Assembly (NCBI GenBank): GCA_035221665.1
Contig: CM069164.1
Location: 14,694,001 to 14,758,000 of the forward strand
Origin: Okamejei kenojei
Taxonomy: Eukaryota
Reading direction: 5' to 3'
Length of the DNA: 64,000 nucleotides
Positions within the stretch are counted from its first letter, which is position 1. Each line of letters opens with the position of its first letter. Positions 11,484 to 22,839 of the stretch are shown one piece after another. The notes below the pieces were generated by a model. It ran no database searches. It saw only the letters and a list, made by a program, of their open reading frames with translations, and had not been told where the DNA came from. The position numbers were made by a program, and so were the translations under genes.

Positions 11484-13914
11484 CCCAAAACACTGGAGCA
11501 CCTCTCTTTTGATCCTGTAGCTCTTTTGATGATGCAAATAGTCTATCACAGTGTAGATGACTCGATTCCTTGCATTCTGAAGCAGCTGAAGGGATGAGAT
11601 TAGACCATCCTCTAATGCCACAAGCCCTAAAACCACCTTGTTTATGGCCTCTGTCAGCCCAGTAGTTAGCTCCTCAGCAGCTGTGCTGCCTAAGGTGAGG
11701 CCGATGTGTTCCAAACCGCAGAGGACCAAGGCAGGAACATCTGCCAGCCGGAGCAGCTGGTGTGGGCAAGGCCCTGGCGTGCCCTGGCTGCAGGTCCACT
11801 GGAGTCTTGAGATGAGATCCTGCACGGGGCAGACTTCGGTCTCCTGAGGAGTGCTGGAGTTGCTGATCGACAAACAGTCTTGTTCAACCCAGGAGTTGTC
11901 CGGGTCGCTGGTCAGGGCGTGAAGCACTCCAGGGTCCCGGCAGACCAATGTGTTGAAATTGTCCTGATCGTGGTCGAAGCAGAGGGCCACGGTTGTTGGG
12001 TCCACTCGATACACTGTCCAGGAGCTGTACCTACACGTGATGCCTGTGTCTATCCCATCTACTTGGGCATGGGCACAGTAGGCAGCGAGCCAGGTGCCCT
12101 CGCCACTGTTCAGGAGCTCCCACACTCGGGTAGAGTTGTCACACGCAACTTGTACAAAATTGTCCACGTCGTACTGGCTGCAATATTCAACGGCGGCAGG
12201 GTCTATGGAGGCTGGCCCCGTCCACGCCTCGTAGCGGCAGCTGGTGTCACCGGTGGCCTGGATGTTACACGGAGACTGCAACCACGCGTTCTCGGGATAC
12301 TGCAGAAGCTTGGTGATCAGCGCCTGGTCTTGACAGACGAGTCGGGAGAAATTCGCCTGGTCGTTCGACCAGCAGAAGTCCACGAGGTAAGGGTCGACCG
12401 GCTGCCCGGCCCACTGGCTGTACTGGCAGACTGCCGCCGGGTCGGTCTCCGTCCCGTTCACCTCCCAAGAGGAAGGGGGGCCGCAGAAGTCAACGAGCCA
12501 GAGGTTGTACGGGTCGTTCAGCAGCTGCTGGAGAACAGCTGGATTCTGACACACCCAGATGTTGAACTGCTGGGCGTCGCTGTTGAAGCACAAGGCGACC
12601 ACGGTGCTGTCCACTGCCGCCGGGCGAGCCCACGTCCCGTAGTGACACAGATCGCCCACGGCTCCGATCAGGTCCCATGGGCCGGCGGTGGGAGTGGCCG
12701 GAGAGCCCGGCTCCGGGAAGGCGGAGGCGGCTGGGACCGCGCAGACCTGGCGCAGCCAAGCGTTGGCCGGGTCGGCCAGCAGTTGCTCCAGGAGAGCGGC
12801 AGATGTGCAGACCATCAGGTCGAAGGTGGAGGGGTCCAGGTCCCCGCAGAGGGCCACCAGGCTGGGGGGGACAGGCGGGGCTCCCAGACCCAGCCACTCC
12901 TCGTAGCGGCAGCGGCGCCGGGCGCCACAGGCGGGGGGCAACCACTCATTGCCCGCCTCCTGGCTCAGTTTGTGGAGGAGGCTGGAGCTGCCGCACACCG
13001 ACGTGTTGAAGTTGTCCGGGTCAGTGGTGCGGCACAGAGCCACGATGGAAGGGTCGGGCACCTCCTGCTCCCAGCGGCTGTACTGGCAGAAGAGGCTGTA
13101 GCTGCCAGTCGGGGGGAGGCCACCGCATAACCACAGCCCCAGCGGATTCAGCGCCGAGCCGGGACTGCACACGGCGGCCGAGAATCCGTCACCGTCCTCG
13201 CTGGCGCAGAAGGCGAGCAACTGGTGGTCGGCGGGGGGCGAGGATACCCACTCCTGGTAGCGGCAGTGAGAGGCCACGCTGAAGGCTGGAGGTGTCCCCG
13301 GGCCGAGGACGTCTGCAGCCCCGGGGACGGAGGCGAGAGGGTCGGGGGAGAGGGAGCAGAAGGCTCCCAGCCACGAGTGCGCCGGGTTCTTCATCAGGGC
13401 TTCCAGCAGCGAAGCATTGCCGCAGACAGTCCTTCTAAAGCCGGCCTCGTCCACCACCGAGCAATATCCGATGTCGGTGGAGTTGATGAAGTCGGCGCCG
13501 TAGTTGCAGGTCTGGGTTCCCAGCTGCCGGGTCTGACGGGCAGGAGGGTGGCTCCTGGATCCCAGACCCATGGACTGGCAGTGCTGGAGGAAGAGGCCGG
13601 CTCCTTGTGTCACGGATGAGGCCACCAGGGCGACGCTCCTGCAAACACGCTTCATCAGGGGAGCCGCGCCTCTCGCTGCCAACCCTCTCACCAGCCCACA
13701 GACCCCGGGCAGCCAGGCCGCTTCCCCGCAAACCGTCCCGTTCGTCCAAAGCCACGGGTCCTGGTCGCAGTTGATGGGGACGTCTGGAAGTTTGGACATC
13801 AGCTGGAAAACGCGAGCAGTTGCCCGGGGGTGGGCTGCAGACCCAGCCTTGGCGATCTCTGCGACGTCCAGCGGAACAGCTTCGAAATTCCACGACAGGT
13901 TGTGAAGTCGGCCC
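11484..13914 (-). CDS. STRC: Stereocilin-family exon 4 (2431 bp) with 8 tandem Cys-rich repeats
   Basis: Within ORF 11217..14072. Starts GRLHNLSWNFEAV (human GVRHNLSWDVQAL) and ends RNRVIYTVIDYL...REVLQCFG (human RRSVLRTIGEYL...MELLACFS). Acceptor acgcag|, donor GGG|gtaagg. Confidence 0.92.
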
Positions 13915-14231
13915 CTGCGTGGACAACAGGATGACCATTTAATAAACCCTATCCCAGAATCATAGAAGAGTACAACATACGTACAGGCCCTTCGGCCCTC
14001 AATGTATGTGCCAAACACAGTGCCAAGTTCATCTCTGCCTGCACGAGATCCACATCTCTCCAATGCCCACATAAGTTCATAAGTGATAGGAACTGAATTA
14101 GACTATTCGGCTCGTGTGCCGTTCAATCATGGCTGATCTATCTTTGCCTCCCAACCCCATTCTCTTGCCTTCTCCCCATAACCCCTCACACCAGGACACA
14201 TCCACGTGCCTATCTAAACGCCTCTAAAAGT

Positions 14232-14660
14232 TTGGTTTATTGTCCCATGCACCCAGGTACAGTGAAAAGCGTTTTGCTGCGTGCTAACCAGTCAGTAGAA
14301 AGACTATACATGATTGTAATCACGCCGTCCGTCCAGTGTACAGACGCATGAAAAAGGGAATAACATTTAGTGCAAGGTAAAGTACAGAAAAGTCCAGTCC
14401 ATAGTCTGAGGGTCTCCAATGAGGTACATGGGAGGTCAGGACCAGTCTCAAGTTGGATGGTTCAGTTGCCTGTTGATAGCTGGGAAGAAACTGTCCCTGA
14501 ATCTGGAGGTGTACGTTTTCACATTTCTGTACCCGTTGCTTGACAGGAGAGGGGAGAAGAGGGAGTGAAAGGGGTGAGACAAGTCCTTGATTGTGCTGGT
14601 GGCCTTGCCCAGGCGAGGCGGTGTGGTGTAGATGGAGTCAATGGAAGGGAGGTTAAAGCT
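14232..14660 (-). mobile_element. Rex1/Babar-like LINE 3' fragment
   Basis: LPSIDSIYT...IKDLSHPFHSLFSPL...TSRFRDSFFP (ORF 14448..14723). Confidence 0.7.
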
Positions 14661-15501
14661 ACTCTTGTATCTGCTTCCACCACCATGCATGACAGTGTGC
14701 TCATTCACCCACCCATCACTCACTGTAAATAAACACCCTGTACATGTCCTTTCAACTCATCTTAAAGCTATGGTCGTGATAATTCCACCCTGGGAAAAGG
14801 CTCTAACAGTCTACCCTATCTATATCTCTCATGATTTTATTTACTTCTATCAGGTCTCCACTTAACCTCTGACGCCCTTGAGAAAACAATCCAAGTTTGT
14901 CCAACCTGTCCTTAGAAATGTCCCTACATTAGAGGGGCAGATGGCCCCAGTCTGGAGACAGCGCGGAGACACACTTTATCATTAAATATACCCTCTAATC
15001 CAGAAACTCTCCATGCCTCCCAACCTGGAGATCTTGTTGTCAGTAGATCAATGGCAATCACACAGGAGAGATAAGCTTTGCCTTTCTGTAGCAATAAACG
15101 AATCATCATCTCAGCACTGCTTGTGGGACCTCTCAGAGCAGAAAATGTCTGTTACCTTTTATGCAGCACAAACGGGCCATTCGGCCCATCAACTCTGTGC
15201 AATCCCTCGATGCCATTCCCACTCTTATTTCCCTGTCACCATTCCCTCTCGCAGAATCACACCTTGATTCGCTGATCACTTACACGGGTCACGGGGCTGG
15301 CTGTATTGTGGCATTATGTGGGCTTTTTTCAATATGATCACGTGCTGTCTAAGTTTTGGATGGTATCATCTCCTTTAATCAGAAATACGTTTCTCCTGAG
15401 GAGAGTGGCCGTTTCAATTACAGTCACTCACAGCCCCCTCATCCATATTTCTATATTTCTTTATCACATACAAAAGGGAAGAAACTTGTTCTTTAACTTA
15501 C

Positions 15502-15526
15502 CAGTTGAGAAGCTGGTTCAGATTCC
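15502..15526 (-). CDS. STRC: Stereocilin-family 25-bp micro-exon 3 (GNLNQLLNW)
   Basis: cgcag|GGAATCTGAACCAGCTTCTCAACTG|gtaagt. Phase 1 in and phase 2 out join exons 2 and 4 in frame; matches human 'GNLQQLLLW' (recalled). Confidence 0.92.
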
Positions 15527-15640
15527 CTGCGAAGATATGAAATAAGAATGTACAAAATTATATATATGACTACCTAAATCAACACACTCACAACGAGAGT
15601 TCAACAACAGGAATGCTAGCAGGTTTGGGCAGGGAAGGGT

Positions 15641-15664
15641 GGGGGGGGGGGGGGGGGGGGGGGG
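15641..15664 (+). repeat. Poly-G run (24 nt)
   Basis: Seen directly. Confidence 0.95.
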
Positions 15665-16344
15665 AATTGCCCAAACAGACTACAAGGAGGTGATTGACGA
15701 AGGGAGGGACAATCGATGGGTAATGTTACACTGGGTCCTAGTTGGTGAAACAGATCAGAGCTCAGACCCCCAAAGATTTTGTGTTCAGTTCTCCCGCAGG
15801 ACTCGACACCACAGCCTTCGGACTCAGGGACAAATTTCACCCACTGAGCCACACCTGAACCCTGTTGGGATCACACACTTGCAGGCCACCTTGATTTATT
15901 TAACAGAAGTTGTGATTAGGACTGATGATTCGTCGTCTCTTGTGAGTTCCATCTATTTGCAATGACCAGCTTGTCCAGAAATTGACACCTATTATGACAA
16001 CTAGGTAACAATGATGAATGACTGGACATCTGAGATGGTCATGGAGAAAATGTCATGGTGCAACTTAATCCCACCCTCAAGACAGTTTCCCTGAATGGAC
16101 CACTGTCACTCTGCTCTATCCTGCAGCCCGACAACCCACCAGTTTACAATCGTATAGCAAAACCTGGGAGCCTGCAAACTGTAGACCTGGACTATACAGC
16201 CCTAGGAAGGAAACATTCCAGGCAAACAGCAAAGAGGCAACAATATTTACTATTTCTTAGCAGGATTTCAATCCAGGTTCTAGGGACTCAAATATAATTA
16301 TGGTCCAGATAATATTAACGGGCTTAATTCTGGAGTAGAACTGC

Positions 16345-16540
16345 TGCGTGTGTGTGTCTGTGTGTGCACGCACATGTTTGTGTGTATGTTTGGCTGCATA
16401 CATGTTTGTGTGTCTGCATGTGTCTGTTTTGATATTGTTATGTGGATGTGTGCACACGTTTGCATGTGTGCATGTTTGTGTGATGTGGAATATGTGTATG
16501 GGAGGTGAGTAGACACGTGTGTGCATGCATGCATGTATCT
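16345..16540. repeat. Degenerate (TG)n/(CATG) low-complexity tract
   Basis: Seen directly; explains the His/Thr-rich spurious ORFs. Confidence 0.9.
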
Positions 16541-16641
16541 ACCTGGCTTCTAACATGAAGGGAATCAATGCCTTTTGGGGAATGGGGAGGGGGGGAGAAA
16601 ACACTGACAAGAAAGCACTGTGATGTATTGTAGCTCCTTAC

Positions 16642-17445
16642 CTTGGGGGCATTGTCCCATTCCATCCAATTTAATTATATTGCTTGCAAAGAACATTCCC
16701 TCGAAGAAAATGTCCGTTAGCTTCAATGATATTTGTTTTGCCACTTTACAAAGATAGGAGTCAAAAAATGGAAACACATTCTGACTAAAGAAATGCCAAA
16801 TAGTCTTTAGCCCAAAAGAAAGAATCTGTTGCACCTTCCCAATGAAACTTAACAGCAGGTTTGGAATATTAAAGCCATCCTTCCACATTCTGGAGCGATC
16901 TTCATGAACACTGGATGAAAGAAACACTTGGGCAAAATCACTTAATGATCTTCTATTCATAGATGAAGCAAAATAACAAGCTTCCTCCTGCATGGACAGC
17001 AATAGAGCTTTCCAATTAACTCCAAATGAACTCAACAGCTCCTCAGCAAGTGCAAAGAGAGGTCTAAAGTCTTCAGTTTCCTGAAAAATATGCAGAAGTA
17101 GCTGAGGTAGCAGTTGCTGCAACCCCAACCCAATGTCTCCAAGCTGACTATTATATAGAACCTGTAACATTATGGAATACAATTCCCACTTGTTCTCTGG
17201 AATGATGTTGGACATTATCATCTGGATGACCTCCGGGAGAGCAGAATATCCCTGGCGTGTCTGCGCACGGAGCTTCTGGTCCAAAATCTTCCATAGTGAT
17301 TTACTGGAATCATTTAGTTCAGGAGATAACTGGGGACTCTTCACTTGTGCCTCTATCTGTGATTCTCCTGTTGGGGTCAGTGTTTTAGTGTGTTCCCGGA
17401 TTGTAGTATTCACAGATCTCTTCCAGCTCGAGAATTTTGTAGTTT
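16642..17445 (-). CDS. STRC: Stereocilin-family exon 2 (~268 codons, ends ...LDGMGQCPQG)
   Basis: Contains most of ORF 16565..17413. End resembles human STRC 'DTNGQCQG' (recalled); donor CAAG|gtaagg. The 5' boundary is uncertain (see findings). Confidence 0.85.
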
Positions 17446-19460
17446 CTTAGGGAAAGAGCCTGAAGGAAAAATAATAACACGCTGAAAAAAACAAGATCAT
17501 TTCTGGAAATCTAGATGTTGTAATTCCAATCCTGATACTGAGCCAAATGTAATCAAAATCCATTACAAATCATACTCTTGCTTTGTTATAGAATATTACC
17601 TTTAAAAATGTCTTAAAAAGCTTGGAGATAGATAGATAGAGAAGGTTTGCTCTGATGGGGAGTCCAGAAGAAGAGGACAGAAAATTAAAGCCAAGATGCC
17701 CAGGATTGGTATCAGATATCTCTTCTTCACACCAACAAGACAGTAGCATTCATTCCCCACCCACTTTCAACAATTTCATGTATTTTTGACATGAAAATAG
17801 AAAATGCTAGAAACATTGAGCAAATCAGGCAGCATCCTTGGAGAGAGAAACAGTGAACATTACAGGTCAATGACCGTCCATCAGAACAGATCGATGTTTT
17901 GTTACCTGAGGATTTGAGGAATAAGCAGCCGAATGTGAGGTTCAGGTGCAGATATATATATATATATATATATCCAGGCACAAATAGAATGATGGAGTGG
18001 ATATGAAAGCAGAAAAACTTATAGGGGCCCCATGATTCCCTGCCACTCATATTTGGGAAACCTTTTAATCCAAATCTTTACTGACAAGGAGCCTTGTTCA
18101 AACTGTTGAGAAGGTAATGTTGCATCATTTGCTGGCTCTTTCACGCAAGTCGAAACATTGAGTTCAAACCGCGTTCCATTCACAATATTTCACTGTTGCA
18201 TTGAGGGGGTATTTCAGATGAATGAATCACCAATTTTCTAGTAACTATGGAATGCAGAATGTCCCTTTGCAAAGAAAGGCAGAGAGTGCCGCTCATTGAT
18301 AATGCACAACAGCGTGAACTTTCCACATATCCGTGCCAAAGTTGAACATGCAAGTTGAAGCATTAAATATCCACACAGTTGACTCCTAATGGTTCCCCGA
18401 TTCCAACCGGGGCACAACTGGGGAAGAATAGGTGTAAAAGAGAATCGCAAATACAATTCACCAATACATTATTATGAATGATTGTTAATCATTGTAGCTG
18501 TTTCCTATTTAAACATTTAATTTTATTCTTGAATATGACATTTTATTCATGTAATTTTTAATATAAAAAAAAATGCCAGAGACACTAAGAAACATGGAAT
18601 CTCTTTAGAAAATTAAAAAGAAATTGCAGATTCTGGAGATCTAAAATAAAATCTGAAAATGTTGGAAACAGTCAGTGGATCAGGCAGCATCTGTGGAGAG
18701 AGACACAGAGTTAAGGGTTCAAGTCAGTGACCCTCTGTCAAATTGGTGGTCGTTTCTGATGAAGGGGTTTGGCCTGTGATCTCTTTCCACAGATCCACAG
18801 AGTTTTCCCAGCTTTTCTACTCAATCTCTTTTATAGTCGATTCACCAAAGGGGGTGGGTTTTAAGCACGTTGAAAGAATGTCAGGAGTAGTGAGGCTTGT
18901 GATTAATCTGCTAGTAGCCAGTTTATCTGCAGGACTCGCTCCAGGTAAGAACCTGCAGATGCTGCTGAACTCAGACAGCTCACCACTCATCAGAAGATCT
19001 GACACAATAGGTTATCCAAATGTCCTCTCTCCCTTCTGGGTTAAAAAGGTTATGAGTTCAAGTCTTGCTCCTGAGGTTTGACAATGAAAATGAGATTGTG
19101 CTGTGATGTCAGAAGTGCAGCCTTTGACATGAATCATAGAGTCATACAGCATGGATGCAGGCCACTCGGCCCACCGTGACCATGCTCATCAGTGAGCACC
19201 CACATTAATCCCATCTTCCTGCACTTGTAGACTTCTTTGCATGAGTAATTCAAGTCCAGAAACCTCAAATGTTCAACGGGGACCCTAGTTTATTGCCTTT
19301 GTTTATTCCTTAACCAACTTCATCAAGACAGGTTATTTAGTTAATCTAGTTATTAGTTAGGATCTGGCTGACCCCTACAGCACACCCTAAGACAATATAA
19401 TCGCCCTTGACTGATCCGACATGAATGCTTCTAAAGAAATGCAATGTTATTGTTATTTAC

Positions 19461-19518
19461 CTGGCATCGTACACCACAAGAGGATCACCAGAGCAATTGT
19501 CTTCATCGTTTTGTTCAT
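19461..19518 (-). CDS. STRC: Stereocilin-family gene, coding exon 1 (signal peptide MNKTMKTIALVILLWCTMP)
   Basis: ATG at 19518 (second in-frame ATG at 19506), hydrophobic core, phase-1 donor CAG|gtaaat. An acceptor (ttttctgtgacag) at 19561-19562 suggests an upstream non-coding exon. Confidence 0.75.
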
Positions 19519-19637
19519 CGATGCCACTATTCCCTGACCAGTGAGCTGGTCCTGTTGCCCCTGTCACAGAAAATGGGGTGAGGCTGTAGTTCATGGGCTG
19601 GAGACAGGAAATAATTAGTTATATTTTTCAAATTTAT

Positions 19638-19930
19638 TTTAGTTTAGAGATATACCACGGAAACAGGTCCTTCTGCCTACTGGGTCCGTGCAACCAGCGA
19701 TCTCCGTACGCTAACACTGTCCTACACACTCTAGAGACAATTTACAAGTAAACCAAGCCAACTAGCCCGCAACCCTGAACGTCTTTGGAGTGTGGGAGGA
19801 AACTGGAGCTCCCGGAGTAAACCCACACAGGTCAAGGGGAGAACGTACAAACTCCACACAGCACCCATAGTCAAGATCGAACCCGAGTCTCTGATGCTGA
19901 ACGGCAGCAACAATACTGCTGCGCCACCGT
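19638..19930 (-). mobile_element. tRNA-derived SINE (HE1/V-SINE-like)
   Basis: Minus strand starts acggtggcgcagcagt (box A), has ggttcgatc (box B), a central tggagtttgtacgttctccc block and a ctctaaactaaa tail. Confidence 0.75.
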
Positions 19931-21619
19931 TACAATTGTAAAACACATCTAAAAATTTAGCCAGCACTTAACATTTCCGACTTAAACCGGAGAAAAAGAC
20001 ATAAAAGCGCATAACTCAATGTAGCTTTAATACTCAATGTAGCTTTAATACACACAATCAATTGACCACATTGTTAATCTCTTGTTTGTGCAAAGAACTG
20101 GACTCAGTATCCAGTTGGGTCTGTAATCCACTTCTATGAAGGGCTCAGCATAACTTACTGGCTTTTAGAGCCTCTCCTTATGAAAAGTTCAGGACCCACG
20201 AGCAGTTAGTGCACCGGTCTCACCGATGCAGTGACTGAGGGTCAGTCCTACCCTGTCTGCTGCCTGGATGGAGTTAATGCAAAGAATCACGGAGGTCTCT
20301 CTGTCCTGACAGACTTCATGAAACCCTTTCTCATTCTCATTCGCTCAGTTACATCAACTATGAATCGCAGCTCAGTGGTTTCCCAGATATGGTTTCTGCA
20401 TTCAAGCCCTGATAGAATTCCGGCGAATCAGTGCTGAGGGCTCCACATTATCGGGAGCTCTGCACTTCCCTCTGGGCTTTATGTGGGTAAAATTCATGGG
20501 GAAAATATAAGGTGTATTTTACGGAAATGCATTTTCCTCCCATTTCCAGGAATTTAAAATAATAAATATTGTTAAGATTTTTTTTACACTTAAATAGGTT
20601 TAAATAGTTATCTTAAAATTAATGTGACTCACCCACAATATACCGCTTCTGAGACATGTAGAGCGGAAGTGGCAACTGCTCCGAGAAGGAAGAGGACTAT
20701 GTTTAACCTTGTGTCCCACTTGCTCCCGATCTGTCTGGAAGTGTACAGTTTCCCTTTTCCACCATCCAGTCCCGTTCAACTCCTCAAATCCTCTTCGTTG
20801 TCCGATCATTCTTTCCATCACCATGTGACTCCAAATTGTGGCTCAAGTCCGACGGCAGGAAGAACAAACACATCCTTTTTAACTCGGACGTACAGTGGAC
20901 ATTAGCGAAAATAAGCAACGATCAATGACTGGACATGAAGTAATTTTATACAGAGCCGTAATTCTAACCTCAGCTAATTAAACCCAGAGGTGAGCTGTAA
21001 AGATGGTCTGAATGAGTAGAGCCCGTTACAAAACGCAACATGTGAATAATACATAGACTTGCCGCTCACCTTCTCAATAGCCTCTCTTCCAGGTATAATG
21101 GGAAGGATCTCATATCAAACTGTAACCTAGTCAGTTTGCAGGATGATTAAAACACAAAAGGAGCCAAATGTCTGATTCGTGCCAAAGATGTATTTCAGTC
21201 CAAATGGGAAGTACTGCGAAGCGTGCAATAATTAACTTGTGTCATTTTGAAGGATGATTAAGACACAATATCCCAACACGTACTGTCTTACGCTATTCTT
21301 CTTAATTGTCTCACCTTCTAGCTGCAATTATTTAAATGCCATTCATTGTGTGTGAATGAGCACATATCAGCATGAATGACTGCAATTCTATCATAATCGT
21401 GACTAACTGACCTTCCTAAGGGTAGACTGGGAGAGGTAAGCGAAAACAAAGCTGAGTGTGGGAAGGATTTGTCTGGGAAGAGAAGAATTTGACAATATGT
21501 TTTTGAAATAGACAAAAAATAGGTTTTATAGGAAATTTCAATGACTATACAGATGTACTGCAAGCTTTCTTGGTTTCCTTATTATGAGAAGAACATGATT
21601 CAGCGTGCACAACTACTTA

Positions 21620-22839
21620 CAGAGCGCTCCATAATGTTTGAGACAGACCCATTATTTAATTATTTGCCTCTGTACTCCACAATTTGAGATTTGTAATAGG
21701 AAAAAAAAATCACATGTGGTTAAAATGCACATTGTCAGATTTTAATCAAGGCCATTTTTATACATTTTGGTTTCACCATGTAGAAATTACAGCAGTGTTT
21801 ATACATAATCCCCCCATTTCAGGGCCCATATTGTTTGGGGGACAGCAATGCCATGTAAATGAGAGTAGTCATGTTTAGTATTTTGTTGCATATCCTTTGC
21901 ATGCAATGACTGCTTGAAGTCTGCGATTCATGGACATCACCAGTTGCTGGGTGTCTTCTCTGGTGATGCTCTGCCAGGCCTGTATTGCAGCCATCTTTGC
22001 CGTATGCTTGTTTTGGGGGCTGGTCCCGTTCAGTTTTCTCTTCAGCATATAAAAGGCATGCTCAATTGGGTTCAGATCGGGTGATTGACTTGGTCACTCA
22101 AGAATTGACCATTTTGTAGCTTTGAAAAACTCCTTTGTTGCTTTAGCAGTATGTTTGGGATCATTGTCTTGCTGTAGAATGAACCACCAGCAGATAGGAT
22201 GGGTCTATACACGTCAGAATTCATTATGCTACTACCATCAGCAGTTGTATCATCAATGAACATGTGAGCCAGTTCCTTTCGCAGCCATACATGCCCAGGC
22301 CATAACACCCCCACCATCGTGTTTCACAGATGAGGTGGTATGCTTTGGATCTTGGACAGTTCCTTCTCTCCACCATACTTTGCTCTTGCCATCACTCTGA
22401 TATGTTAATCTTCATCTCATCTGTCCAAAAGACCTTTTCCAGAACTGTGGTTGCTCTTTTAAGTACTTTGTGGCAAACAGTAACCTGGCCATCCTATTTT
22501 TGCAGCTAACCAGTGGTTTGAATCTTGCAGTGTAGCCTCTGTATTTCTGTTCATGAAGTTTTTGCGCAGTGGTCATTGACAAATCCACACCTGACTCCCG
22601 AAGAGTGTTTCGATCTGTCGGGCAGGTGTTTGAGGATTTTTCTTTATTATAAAGAGAATACTTCTGTCATCAGCTGGTGAGGTCTTCCTTGGCCTGCCAG
22701 TCTCTTTGCGATTAGTAAGCTCACCAGTGCTCGCTTTCTTCTTAATGATGCTCCAAACAGTTGATTTTGGTAAGCCTAAGGTTTGGCTGATGTCTATAAC
22801 AGTTTTATTCATGTTCTCATAATGGCTTCTTTGACTTTC
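21620..22839 (-). mobile_element. Degenerate Tc1-like transposon (second family), 3' part with one TIR
   Basis: TA|cagagcgctccataatgtttgagaca terminus with a related inner repeat at ~21822-21845; transposase fragment DISQTLGLPKSTVWSIIKK...GRPRKTS (ORF 22573..22812). Confidence 0.88.

Noticed and set aside
11880-13130. 416-aa plus-strand ORF (and other ORFs overlapping exon 4)
   Set aside because: Antisense shadow of a GC-rich coding exon; non-ATG start and no recognisable motifs.
11217-14072. 951-aa ORF as a stand-alone single-exon gene
   Set aside because: Both ends run into intron or repeat sequence; splice sites at 13914 and 11484 join it in phase to STRC exons.
16257-16534. His/Thr-rich ORFs
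   Set aside because: Translations of the (TG/CA) low-complexity tract.
20014-20050. 18-bp tandem duplication actcaatgtagctttaat (similar short duplications at ~34414-34442 and ~58240-58281)
   Set aside because: Ordinary slippage or repair duplications of two copies; no spacers, not CRISPR-like.
21222-21340. AT-rich POU4F-like motifs (gcaataattaac, tgcaattattta) upstream of a hair-cell gene
   Set aside because: Such motifs are common in AT-rich DNA and cannot be supported without conservation or ChIP data.
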